A stretch of 64,000 bases of DNA. Origin: Macrostomum hystrix (Eukaryota > Animalia > Platyhelminthes). The number at the start of each line of letters is the position of its first letter. Within the stretch, counting starts at the first letter, position 1. The DNA lies in assembly GCA_950097015.1 (NCBI GenBank), contig CATNEN010000041.1, positions 2,356,001-2,420,000 on the forward strand, in the 5' to 3' direction. Position numbers and translations under genes: made by a program. The notes beneath the pieces are model-generated. The model was not told the DNA's origin, searched no databases, and saw nothing but the letters and a program-made list of their open reading frames with translations. Of this stretch, positions 12,801 through 24,680 are shown in pieces.

Positions 12801-13495
12801 CTGGCGGTCCGCAGCTGCTGGTGGCAGCCGGAGGCGGAGGAGGCGCGGGGGCCTACTACAATGGTGAGCTTTTCTTCAACACAATCAGCGCATCACAGCA
12901 GAAAATCGATGCGCTCAAAACAGCTCACGAGTAGCTAAATTTTTCCAGATAAAAAACGATATCACATTGCTCTTTGTCCCTAGGCTTTCCTGGAGATGGC
13001 GGGACCAGCGGCACGAACTCGAATCCCAGTGGAAGTACGTACACCGGCAGTAGCGGGACCGGAGGACAGCCAGGACGCGTGCCAACAAGCCTGGCCTCTC
13101 TATCCGGGTATGTGTACGCCTGCGGTGGTCCCGGTGCTGGATGGAACGGCACGGGTGTTCAGTGCAATGCCTCGGTGTACGGCGGACCCGGACTGGGCCG
13201 CACCGGCAGCTGGCTCGGCGGAACTCACGTGCCTCCGTGCCCTACCGGCGATGGCGGTTTCGGTGGAGGCGGTTCTGGAGGCGGCGGAGGTGGCGGCTGC
13301 TGCGTTGGTGGTCAAATCGGACCGGGCGGTGGCGGTGGCGGCTACAGCGGCGGAGGCGCCGCCTCGGATGCCGGCCATGCAGGCGGCGGAGGCGGCTCGT
13401 TCTGCAGCGGCCTCGGCTGCGTCACAGCCAGCGGGGTCAACTTGGAGCAGCACGGCAGAGTGCGGCTTAACTGGACGGCAGCCGCGTGCGTGTGA
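9899..13495 (+). CDS. Predicted secreted protein: signal peptide, PAN/apple-like Cys domain, ALK/LTK-type glycine-rich domain; exons 9899-9944, 11000-11353, 12543-12863, 12984-13495
   Basis: MTLLPVVALLLART exon ends at G|gtgagt. Exon 2 has CLMSC...DC.VAVFN...VCQL (PAN-like). Exons 3-4 have VQNVTISVPGCYRIEAFGAAGG, FELTAGTQLSIVVGQAGG, GGGGSFV, LLVAAGGGGGAG and GGGGSF...GRVRL, typical of the ALK/LTK-like glycine-rich domain. All three introns are phase 1 and compatible. Confidence 0.8.
10248..10750. repeat. 39-bp minisatellite (about 13 copies) in intron 1 of the secreted-protein gene
   Basis: Unit gcttgtgaaccagtgcttagagctttgggattgaaggga. Confidence 0.96.
11470..11755 (-). mobile_element. tRNA-derived SINE, diverged copy
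   Basis: Shares cggattcgagctcaaggaccttggtgcaagag (box-B-like head on the minus strand) and body motifs with the copies at 38.2, 41.7 and 56.0 kb. Boundaries approximate. Confidence 0.55.
11909..12128 (-). mobile_element. Second copy of the solo-LTR-like element, inverted, no clear TSD
   Basis: Reverse complement of 9135-9375 with a small internal deletion; ends TGTGA... and ...GTTACA. Confidence 0.65.
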
Positions 13496-13510
13496 AGGAA
13501 TTTAGAATGC

Positions 13511-14357
13511 GAGATGAGTGGTGGGAGATGAGTGATGGGAGATGAGTGATGGGAGATGAGTGATTGGAGATGAGTGGTGGGAGATTATGATGGGAGATGA
13601 GTGGTGGGAGATAAGTGATGGGAGATGAGTGATGGGAGATGAGTGATAGGATTTGAGTGATGGGAGATAAGTGATGGGAGATGAGTGATGGGAGATAAGT
13701 GATGGGAGATGAGTGATGGGAGATAAGTGATGGGAGATGAGTGATGGGAGATAAGTGATGGGAGATGAGTGATGGGAGATGAGTGATTGGAGATGAGTGG
13801 TGGGAGATTATGATGGGAGATGAGTGGTGGGAGATTATGATGGGAGATGAGTGGTGGGCGATAAGTGATGGGAGATGAGTGGTGGGAGATTATGATGGGA
13901 GATGAGTGGTGGGAGATTATGATGGGAGATGAGTGGTGGGCGATAAGTGATGGGAGATGAGTGATGGGAGATGAGTGATAGGATTTGAGTGATGGGAGAT
14001 AAGTGATGGGAGATGAGTGATGGGAGATAAGTGATGGGAGATGAGTGATGGGAGATGAGTGATTGGAGATGAGTGGTGGGAGATTATGATGGGAGATGAG
14101 TGGTGGGAGATAAGTGATGGGAGATGAGTGGTGGAAGATGAGTGGTGGGAGATGAGTGATTGGAGATGAGTGGTAGGAGATTATGATGGGAGATGAGTGG
14201 TGGAAGATGAGTGGTGGGAGATGAGTGATGGGAGATGAGTTGTGGGAGATGAGTGGTGGGAGATGAGTGATGGGAGATGAGTTGTGGGAGATGAGTGGTG
14301 GGAGATGAGTGGTGGGAGATGAGTGATGGGAGATAAGTGATGGGAGATGAGTGGTGG
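13511..14357. repeat. About 14-bp purine-rich minisatellite
   Basis: Unit gggagatgagtgat and variants. Confidence 0.95.
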
Positions 14358-14740
14358 CTAAACTTTACATTCTCGTATTTGCCTTTTGAATATTTTCTTG
14401 TTATTATGTACAAGCACATACTTTTTCTCAGTTAGCCCATAAAGTTTTTTTTTAGCTGAAAATGCTAAATCATTTCTTCTCTGGCTAATCCTAACGCTGC
14501 TCTCCTCTACTATATTATGTTGCGCTCTAAAATTGCAGCAATTTTAAAACCACTTTGCAATCTGTAGAATGTTTTTTCCTCTTGTCTTTAGTGAGTCAGG
14601 GTGTCCACAGCTGAATTAGTGAGCTGCCTAAGTGAGTTTCTAATAAAATAATCTTTTAAACTTGCACATTGTTAAGCTGCCCCTTTAATTCTATGTAGAT
14701 ATTTTTTAATTAATATATATTGTGTGCCGGCCTTAAACTT

Positions 14741-15440
14741 GTGCTAAAAACCCACCGTTTGCGCTGATTGGCCAGCCACCACTCGCTGATGGAGGGTGTG
14801 CTAAAACCCCACCCTTTTGCGCTGATTGGCCAGCCAGCTCTTGCTGATGGAGGGTGCGCTAAAACCCCACCTTTTGCGCTGATTGGCCAGCCACCACTCG
14901 CTGATGAAGGTTGTGCTAAAACCCCACACTTTTGTGCTGATTGGCCAGCCACCACTCGCTGATGGAGGGTGTGCTAAAACCCCACACTTTTGCGCTGATT
15001 GGCCAGCCACCACTCGCTGATGAAGGTTGTGCTAAAACCCCACACTTTTGCGCTTATTGGCCAGCCACCACTCGCTGATGGAGGGTGTGCTAAAACCCCA
15101 CACTTTTGCGCTGATTGGCCAGCCACCACTCGCTGATGAAGGTTGTGCTAAAACCCCACACTTTTGTGCTGATTGGCCAGCCACCACTCGCTGATGAAGG
15201 TTGTGCTAAAACCCCACACTTTTGTGCTGATTGGCCAGCCACCACTCGCTGATGGAGGGTGTGCTAAAACCCCACACTTTTGCGCTGATTGGCCAGCCAC
15301 CACTCGCTGATGAAGGTTGTGCTAAAACCCCACACTTTTGCGCTGATTGGCCAGCCACCACTCGCTGATGAAGGTTGTGCTAAAACCCCACACTTTTGCG
15401 CTTATTGGCCAGCCACCACTCGCTGATGAAGGTTGTGCTT
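14741..15440. repeat. 58-bp minisatellite (about 12 copies)
   Basis: Unit gctaaaaccccacacttttgcgctgattggccagccaccactcgctgatgaaggttgt. Confidence 0.96.
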
Positions 15441-15643
15441 TACAGACAAGCGTTCAAACGTCCTTAATTAAGTACAGTTTTCCATAGCCGAGCGGTGCCT
15501 TTGAAAGTGTACTGTACATTTATTTTAATTCGAATCTCAAAGCGATAAATCAAAACAAAGATTTATCGACAAAGAAAATGACAGGTGACATGTCTCTAGA
15601 CATGCATGCTAAAATTGTTCCTCGCCGTCTTGATGCGTTGGTG

Positions 15644-16879
15644 TCAATTCCTACGCTGGGGACCACGTTGTGCCTGTTGCTCCAGCACTTGTACTTGCTG
15701 CTGCAGTGCTTGCACCTGCTGCTGCAGCAGCTCAGCGCATCTCGACCGCTCATCCAGCTGACTCAGCAGAGTTCGCAAACGATCGACACCACCAAATTTG
15801 TCAACCAGTTCATCAAGCTCAACGGTGCTCTGCGCCCAGTTGGCCACGTTCACCTGCAGCCGCTTGAATTTCTGCACCAGGTTGCCAACCCGACGGTTCG
15901 CTTCTGCGACCTCGGCATTGTCTGCAGATAGCGAAGACCGACCGACTGAAACTGCAACAGGTGAAGAGTTTCAGAGAGCTGATTGAAGCAAAGAACTGAT
16001 CAGCACACGCCTGCCAGCCTCTGCTGATTTGCTAATCAAGTCCAATATTGAAATAGTTGAGTACACAATGTCACAATGTCAACTGTCCTCACCGGGTGCC
16101 TGCGGCTCACTGGCCGACTGTATAAGCACTGAGTCCAACAGCTCCATGTGAGAGTCCGTGCATTGCTGATAATGATTATCCAGCTCAGATCTTCGGACTC
16201 TCACTTTACAGCCCAGGTGAGAGTACTTGCACTCAACTGGCTTCTCCGGACATTCAGACAGGTGAGCCAGGTACGAGTTTCTGTCGAGCCTTAGTCTCGG
16301 GCTTCGGCAGTGAGGGCAAGCAGCCGAGAACATCGGACAGCACACATCGGACTCCAGATTCCTGTGCCTGCTCTCCATCTCGCTGATGATCACCTGTTGA
16401 GTACACTTGCCGCATCGCTCCTTTCTCTGCAGGCACTCTCTGTTGGAGTGGCGCTGCATGTCCCTCCTCGTCACCTGCTGGCCGCAGAGCTCGCACGGCA
16501 AAGCCTGGAAGTCGCAGCTGTCCAGATGCTGGTCCATGAGAGACCAGCTGAGTGCGGCAGAGCAGCCGGCATGCAGGTTCGGACACAGGACCTTCAGTCG
16601 GCCGACCTCACGTCTCGTCGCAATGTCGGGAAGACAGGAGGCCTGGCTCACCTCGATCTCCTCCGTGGTGTCTCTGCAGGCCTCCGTGTTTCCGGGACAT
16701 CGCCGCTTCTCCACCGGTGACAGCAGGCCGGTGACGCAGGGCTGGCACAGGCGACATCCGTGCGGAGTCTGGAAGCCGTTGAACAGAGGCTGGGAGCAGC
16801 TGCTGCACTGCAGGTGGCTCGGCACAGTCGCGCCTTGAGGGGGCCGCGCACCTGACACTCGCTTGGGCAACTCAGACAT
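15644..16879 (-). CDS. TRAF-like copy 2, intact, MATH-less; exons 16879-16093 and 15951-15644
   Basis: MSELPKRV start, RING and zinc fingers, donor G|gtgagg, acceptor ttgcag|, exon 2 coiled coil (KRLQVNVANWAQST) ending TGA. Confidence 0.88.
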
Positions 16880-17498
16880 TGTGTCTGGTGGATAGCAGTA
16901 CAATTTGAATTTCATATTAAATTGTACTTTTTGTAGGCAAGCTTCTCAGTTTTAACATTCAAATTACAATATTTATATGTTTCTCTTTCTTTTTTACTTT
17001 CTCAATTCTCTAGATTTGCCAGCTATACGAAAATGACGGTAAAAACTTTACTATATTTTTTGCCGAAGGAGCCCCTGTAGGGAATCACATTTTATTTTTT
17101 GAGTGCCAATTTCGCAATGGTAGCTACAAGTGGTAGTCTCACCTGACGCGTTTCTGCGTTTGATGCGTTTGAGAGGTGGTTTCTTAATTGGATGCAAGTA
17201 GCGTTTGTTCTGAGATTTGGACTGTGACTTCATTTTGCTATAGTTATCATGCAAGAATGGAGGAAAGCTCTTACTTCTGTGTTGAATGCGTTAGCTGAGT
17301 CCGATTGCACAGCATCGACAGCAAGGCAATTTTTACTCTATTTTTACAGCTAGATAGATATCTGTTCATAAAACTGCCAACAGTAAAGTAGCGCGCAGTA
17401 AACTTTGAATTGTCAGTTAGTTTCCTGTTTGTGGACGCTGCTGAGAGTTTTTAACTTCTTACTTTTATTCCAATTTTCACATTTTTTGCCATCAGCGC

Positions 17499-17564
17499 TA
17501 TAAATAGCACAATCGAAAACAACCACAGGGCAGGAATTTTTCGTGGAATTTCCGTGGAATTTCC
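17499..17564. promoter_or_regulatory. TATA-like box plus three tandem kappaB-like (GGAATTTCC) sites
   Basis: tataaata at 17499; ggaattttt at 17533, ggaatttcc at 17545 and 17556. Lies upstream of TRAF copy 2 on the minus strand. Function is inferred. Confidence 0.45.
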
Positions 17565-18316
17565 ATCGCCACAAGAGTCTGCAGAGAGCAAGCGCACAGA
17601 GAGCGGAGCAGAGGAGTGGGTTTGTGGTAGCTTCAGAGTCTAGACGGCATAAATTTGGACAGAAGAAGTCACGAACAAGTATTTAAACAAGTTGAGCAGG
17701 TTCGATAATAATTTGAGCACTTTTGATAATGTGGCTGTACAATTTTAGTTAGCGTACTCGTGTTAAAACGGATTTGAAACTAACGACAGACCGCCAAGCG
17801 CAGTTGTCTATGGCCAAATTCCACAGGTATTGACTGATATCAGCGGGCAAAATATAGATATGCTGCTCGGCCTGAAACGACTCTAAACAGAGCTCTAAAC
17901 TGAGTGTCAATCAATCATTTCCATGGATTAATTAGAACTGAAGCATTAAAGGGGAACTGGAAATTAAATTACAATTGTAAGGAGTATTAAGAAGTAGGAA
18001 AAGTTAACATTATACCAATATTGATAGCCCGAGCAGCCTATCCATATTAGTGCTGTAGTTAGCGGGCATGAAAGGCGTATAGCGCTGTGCGTATCTATGG
18101 AATTCGACCATAGACAACAGCGGCGAAAGGGCTGCCGTTAGTTTCAACCTCGTTTCAACACGCGTAGGCTAACTACAATCATAGATTCTTTGAGAATATG
18201 AATCCAATATGGGTTCAACGCCTGCAAGGCGTGATCCGTGTAAACTGTACAATAACTTTCTCTAATAAGTCGGATGTGTCGCAATTCGATCATAAAAATA
18301 GTATCTTTCAGCTCAG

Positions 18317-19068
18317 TCAGGATTTCTGTAGGACAACCTCCAGCAAGAGGGAGTCCTGATGCACCAGCGGGAGTGCAACCAGATCCCGTCCGCTTGCTGA
18401 GCTCCACCCAAGCAATCTTAATGTCTATGGCAGCTCGAGCATTTACCGGGCACTGAACCCAGCGACCACTCTCCAGTTTCAGACCAAGCGTGAACGTCGC
18501 CGACCAGTGCCAGAAATTTACATCCAGCAGTTTCTGCAGGCTTCCGAAGGCATCAACTTCGCCGCCAGGCAGCTGGCAGTCGGGTTTGCGCCTTCCTCAG
18601 TCGTCATCGACGAATTGCGAAGCGCTAATTCGCGTCACTCGCTCTGCGGTTTGGTTTTTAATACGAAGAGTGACGGACACAGGCAGGCAGGTGCCAACCA
18701 AGCCATCGTGCATGTGCCACTCGGTCGGCAGGTAGGCCTCCACGATCATCAGGAAGTTGGAGCACCAGCCGAACGGCGAGCAGCTGCCTGTCCACTTCAG
18801 GTATGGCTTCTTTCTGTCTAACAAAGTTCTCTGCCTTCTTCTGCACGTCCTGTCGGTCCGAGGTGCCACCAACCGGGACGACAACTGCGCCCTTGGAAAC
18901 GACCTCAACGACGGTCATCTTGCCTGGGATCGTCTCAGCACAAAAGCCAGTCCAGTGCAGCCCTGGGTGTTCCTGCGTAAACTCCAGCGCTTTCAGCCTG
19001 GCATCTGCATCGCTGGAGATGGGGCCGATTTGAACAAGCCAGTTCGAGTGGACGAAATTTATGACCAT
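18317..19068 (-). pseudogene. Intronless MVL-lectin-like repeat gene, disabled paralog of 32332-33087
   Basis: Aligns over its length with the intact copy when one frameshift near 18810, a TGG-to-TGA nonsense near 18598 and a second frameshift near 18390 are allowed; ends LLEVVLQKS* versus LVEVVVCKS*. Confidence 0.8.
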
Positions 19069-20031
19069 TGTATGTCAGTTGCGCACTAGCGAGTGTTGTT
19101 TCAAATGTCTCAGATAGATACGCTCAAGATCATTAGCCCATCAGTCAATTTTCATGAATTTTCAGTCTTTCAATGTGCGAACAAGCGAACAAGCGGATTC
19201 CTGCCACTTTCTGAATAATATTGAGCTATATAATCAGCTCACTGATGTTCGTCTGCCTCTGAGAAGGCAATAGACAGGGAGTTTAACAGAGGACTTCTCA
19301 GCTTTGAGCTCCAGTCTCTTGCGTGAATCGTTTGAATCTTTGAAGGCTAGGCAGAGACATGGAAGTGCGTGAGTCTTTGACGGATTGTGAAAAGACTTGT
19401 GAAAACGTTAGCTTATTTCGCTCTGGCAAAATTTCTGGCCTGTTCATGTTCACAGAGCTAAGCTTTCTAATTTTAGCGGTGTCGTTTTTCAACAAAAGTA
19501 CATTATAGCTCCAAAAGACGCCTCTTCCACCACTGCCTCCAACGCTAGCGACTTTTGTGATTAATTTTAAGCAAGATCAAATAAAATAAATACAATATAA
19601 GAAATAAACAATAAAACAAATACAATAAACGAAAGTGTGTCAACACTGGGTCGGCTAATGATACAAATTATAATTTTTATTAGGCCGAGCGGATCTAACC
19701 TTTTTATTTCTTGGGCTCTAAGACACAGATTAATCAGAAGGCTGGGAGAGAAAGAGTTAAAAATTTCAGCGAGTGAAGTGGATTGGGGGGAGAGAAGATT
19801 AATTTAAAAAGAGAATCACACAGCCAATCGTATCAATATTAGGCTAATAGCGGCTTCTTTGTGCCGCACGCCCACAGGTCGGCCGTTGGTGCAGCGGTCG
19901 GGTCAGATTAAGTCGGCCCAGCCTAGGGAGAAGTTCGAGGAGCATCCTCGAGAACCCAGTAGGTGTGTCACCTTGAGAGCGAACGTATAGAAAATGGTCC
20001 TCGGTGTTTAATCTTCCTGAGTCCCGTCACG

Positions 20032-21189
20032 CTATGGCCTCTGCTGCAGCTGCTGGACCTGCTGTTGCAGCTGCTGGACCTGCCGCTGCAGCTGATCGAC
20101 TAGGCTCGAGCGCTCGTCCAACGTAGTGAGCAGAGCACACAGCTGGGAGATCCCACCGAACCGCTCAGCCATCTGTTGGAGCTCCATGGTGCCATTAGCC
20201 CAGTTCGCGACATTGATCTGCAGCCTCTTGAACTGGTCGTAAATGCTTTCCAAACGCCGGTTCGTATCTGCGAGCTCATGACTGTCATCATTCGCTGCTG
20301 GACCCGCAGATGAGTGTGCCACTGTTCGGTATTAATGCAAATGATGAGAGAATTAAAGTAAAATACTGACGAGAAAAGCTAAAGTCAACTGCCTACCTTC
20401 CGCCTGACTTGCTTGCCTAAGCACTGAGTTCATCAGCTCAAGATGAGAGTCCGTGCATTGCTGGTAATGCTTATCAAGCTCAGATCTTAGGCCTCTCGCT
20501 TTACAGCCCAGGTGAGAGTACTTGCACTCGACTGGCCTCCCTGGACAGTCAGACAGGTGAGCCAGGTATGCTGTCCTGCTCATCGGAGTGCTCCGGTCAC
20601 TGCAGTGAGGACAGACAGCTGAGAACATCGGACAGCACACATCGGACTCCAGATTCCTGTGCCTGCTCTCCATCTCGCTGATGATCACCTGTTGAGTACA
20701 CTTGCCGCATCGCTCCTTTCTCTGCAGGCACTCTCTGTTGGAGTGGCGCTGCATGTCCCTCCTCGTCACCTGCTGGCCGCAGAGCTCGCACGGCAAAGCC
20801 TGGAAGTCGCAGCTGTCCAGATGCTGGTCCATGAGAGACCAGCTGAGTGCGGCAGAGCAGCCGGCACGCAGGTTCGGACACAGGACCTTCAGTCGGCCGA
20901 CCTCGCGTCTCGTCGCAATGTCGGGAAGACAGGAGGCCTGGCTCACCTCGATCTCCTCCGTGGTGTCTCTGCAGGCCTCCGTGTTTCCGGGACATCGCCG
21001 CTTCTCCACCGGTGACAGCAGGCCGGTGACGCAGGGCTGGCACAGGCGACATCCGTGCGGAGTCTGGAAGCCGTTGAACAGGGGCTGGGAGCAGCTGCTG
21101 CACTGCAGGTGGGTCGGCACAGTCGCGCCTTGAGGGGGCCGCGCAGCAGACACTCGCTTGGGCAGCTCTGCCACTTTGCTTGTGCTTAC
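20032..21189 (-). CDS. TRAF-like copy 3, MATH-less, no ATG of its own; exons 21189-20397 and 20321-20032
   Basis: Frame open from acceptor ttttacag|GTA AGC ACA AGC AAA GTG GCA GAG CTG CCC; GTG stands where other copies have ATG; an in-frame TAA lies just upstream of the acceptor; 75-bp phase-1 intron; exon 2 ends TAG. Confidence 0.75.
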
Positions 21190-21920
21190 CTGTAAAATTT
21201 ATATGGTGCTTTCAAATAATCAGAGGTGCAGTTGAGCGAATGATGAACTGTGGCAAAGAAAATATGGTTCTTTGTTATAAACATGTTTTTTAAACTTTTT
21301 GTAAAATGCATGAATCAACGGTCAGTTTAAAATGCTTCCTTCCTTAAAGCCTTCAGTAAGTAGTAAAGTATTCAAATCAGAAATGTAACGGTTCTTTATT
21401 ATTTAAACTCATCAGAACCAAATTGCGTTTTGCGCCAAATGCAGGCAATGTTGAGCGACTTCGACTATTGATCGCACCAGTCCTCTAAAAAAATTGAGAC
21501 ATGGTGACTTAAGTCTGCCGCAGGTTAGGCTGATTCACATGTGCTATTTTGCTTGTAGGTGCGCAAGCAATGTGGTCTCAAATTCTGAGCTAGTCAAAGG
21601 CGGAAATTCGTAGCTTCACGTCCCGAACCAACCCGCTTTTGCGGACAGCAAAAGGCAGCGGACTAATATTTTCACAAGCAAATTTTCCAACGTTGTGCAT
21701 TCTGTAGGCGATCAGAAATAAATGTCATCCATTTTATTTATTTTCGGGAAGTATACTTTCTTGTCTTTACTAGAATTTGTATTTGAAATGGGAGTGCAAA
21801 TCAGTATTGGGTTACTTGAATGAACTAGCCCGTCTACATTCAGGCCTGAATTACGCTCACGTCAGCTTGTGGCGTTGGAGACCTTGAAACTATAGCAATT
21901 CAAAGTGACAAGAGCAGTGC

Positions 21921-24403
21921 TCAACCCACACTTGATTTCCACAGAGCAGCACCTTCAGCGCCATCCACGTCAACGTAGTTCCGTGAGACACTATCATTTC
22001 TAAGCGTTGCTGCAGCTGCTTCAGCTGCTGATGAAGCTGATAATACTACTGCTGATGGTGAGACTGCTGATGCTGATGCTGATGCTACTGGTGATGCTGA
22101 TGAGACTACTGCTGATGGTGAGACTGCTGATGCTGATGCTGATGGTGAGACTGCTGATGAGACTACTGCTGATGGTGAGACTGCTGATGAGACTAATGCT
22201 GATGGTGAGACTGCTGATGCTGATGCCGATGCTACTGGTGATGCTGATGAGACTACTGCTGATGGTGAGACTGCTGATGAGACTAATGCTGATGGTGAGA
22301 CTGCTGATGCTGATGCTGATGCTACTGGTGATGCTGATGAGACTGCTGCTGATGGTGAGACTGCTGATGAGACTAATGCTGATGGTGAGACTGCTGATGC
22401 TGATGCCGATGCTACTGGTGATGCTGATGAGACTGCTGCTGATGGTGAGACTGCTGATGCTGATGCTGATGCTACTGGTGATGCTGATGAGACTACTGCT
22501 GATGGTGAGACTGCTGATGCTGATGCTGATGCTACTGGTGATGCTGATGAGACTGCTGCTGATGGTGAGACTGCTGATGCTGATGCTGATGCTACTGGTG
22601 ATGCTGATGAGACTACTGCTGATGGTGAGACTGCTGATGCTGATGCTGATGCTACTGGTGATGCTGATGAGACTGCTGCTGATGGTGAGACTGCTGATGC
22701 TGATGCTGATGCTACTGGTGATGCTGATGAGACTGCTGCTGATGGTGAGACTGCTGATGCTGATGCTGATGCTACTGGTGATGCTGATGAGACTACTGCT
22801 GATGGTGAGACTGCTGATGCTGATGCTGATGCTACTGGTGATGCTGATGAGACTGCTGCTGATGGTGAGACTGCTGATGAGACTACTGCTGATGGTGAGA
22901 CTGCTGTTGCTGATGCCGATGCTGATGCTACTGGTGATGCTGATGAGACTGCTGCTGATGGTGAGACTGCTGATGCTGATGCTGATGCTACTGGTGATGC
23001 TGATGAGACTGCTGCTGATGGTGAGACTGCTGATGCTGATGCTGATGCTACTGGTGATGCTGATGAGACTGCTGCTGATGGTGAGACTGCTGATGCTGAT
23101 GCTGATGCTACTGGTGATGCTGATGAGACTGCTGCTGATGGTGAGACTGCTGATGAGACTACTGCTGATGGTGAGACTACTGCTGATGGTGAGACTGCTG
23201 TTGCTGATGCTGATGCTGATGCTACTGGTGATGCTGATGAGACTGCTGCTGATGGTGAGACTGCTGATGCTGATGCTGATGCTACTGGTGATGCTGATGA
23301 GACTACTGCTGATGGTGAGACTGCTGATGCTGATGCTGATGCTACTGGTGATGCTGATGAGACTGCTGCTGATGGTGAGACTGCTGCTGATGGTGAGACT
23401 ACTGCTGATGGTGAGACTGCTGCTGATGGTGAGACTGCTGCTGATGGTGAGACTACTGCTGATGGTGAGACTGCTGTTGCTGATGCCGATGCTGCTGGCG
23501 ATGCTGATGAGACTGCTGCTGATGGTGAGACTGCTGATGCTGATGCCGATGCTGCTGGCGATGCTGATGAGACTGCTGCTGATGGTGAGACTGCTGATGA
23601 GACTACTGCTGATGGTGAGACTGCTGATGAGACTACTGCTGATGGTGAGACTGCTGATGCTGATGCTGATGATGAAACTGCTGATAATACTACTGCTGAT
23701 GGTGAGACTGCTGATGCTGATGCTGATGCTACTGGTGATGCTGATGAGACTACTGCTGATGGTGAGACTGCTGATGCTGATGCTGATGCTACTGGTGATG
23801 CTGATGAGACTGCTGCTGATGGTGAGACTGCTGATGCTGATGCCGATGCTGCTGGCGATGCTGATGAGACTGCTGCTGATGATGAAACTGCTGATAATAC
23901 TACTGCTGATGGTGAGACTGCTGATGCTGATGCTGATGCTGCTGGTGATGCTGATGAGACTGCTGCTGATGGTGAGACTGCTGATGCTGATGCCGATGCT
24001 GCTGGCGATGCTGATGAGACTGCTGCTGATGATGAAACTGCTGATAATACTACTGCTGATGGTGAGACTGCTGATGCTGATGCTGATGCTGCTGGTGATG
24101 CTGATGAGACTGCTGCTGTTTTTGTTGCAGCTGAAGATGTTGCTTCTGCTTCTTCTGCAACTGATGGTGTGGTTTCTGAAGCTGCCGTTGGCGGCCTCTT
24201 GGAGATGAGCGATTTGCCAGTTTCTGCTTGTTTCATAGCTCTTGTCAAGCGCTTTTTAAGCTGCCGCGTGCCTCCTGCGATCGGCAGACCTCTGGCTTCT
24301 AGCTCACTCCTGAGCTGGTGCCTTCTGAGTCCGGTCGGACGAGGGCTCAGCATCTGTTTGCCGAGTGACAGTTGGCAGAAACTTAGCCAAGGAGCGACAG
24401 ACA
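21921..24403 (-). CDS. SAP-domain protein with long Ser/Ala/Val/Pro-rich repeat region
   Basis: LRRHQLRSELEARGLPIAGGTRQLKKRLTRAM fits the SAP pattern. Acceptor ctgcag| at 24404 and an internal ATG (MLSPRP). Frame stays open through about 2.1 kb of repeat. Confidence 0.6.
22020..24115. repeat. Degenerate repeat with units of 3n bp inside the SAP ORF
   Basis: Modules such as gctgatggtgagactgctgatgctgatgctgatgctactggtgatgctgatgagactgct. Confidence 0.95.
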
Positions 24404-24638
24404 CTGCAGAGATAATAAACAGCTGGACGAGAGACAGAAGAGGAAAAGTTAAATAATGGTTTTGGCCTCCTTAGTTACTAAATATTGCGGCATTTGTAAC
24501 AAAGCACCTTTCTAAGCTAGACATGCCAAAAATGTATTTATTTTTTGCTGTCTGAGAGCCTTTGGAGCGAAGGGTGAACTCTGGTAAGTGTAGTTTAAAA
24601 CATTCGCCACGCTCATTAGTAAAATTAAAGGAATGAAA

Positions 24639-24680
24639 GGAAATTCCACGGTTAATCCACGGCTTACCCTTGTATTTATA
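24639..24680 (-). promoter_or_regulatory. TATA-like box plus kappaB-like site upstream of the SAP ORF
   Basis: ggaaattcc at 24639 and tatttata at 24673, the same module as at 17.5 and 30.8 kb in reverse orientation. Confidence 0.4.

Noticed and set aside
18590-18605. In-frame TGA in the MVL-like copy as selenocysteine or readthrough
   Set aside because: It aligns to Trp (TGG) in the paralog and is accompanied by two frameshifts, so ordinary decay is simpler.
22007-24208. 733-aa Leu/Met-rich ORF on the plus strand
   Set aside because: Antisense reading of the gct/gat repeat within the SAP ORF; no unique sequence or domain.
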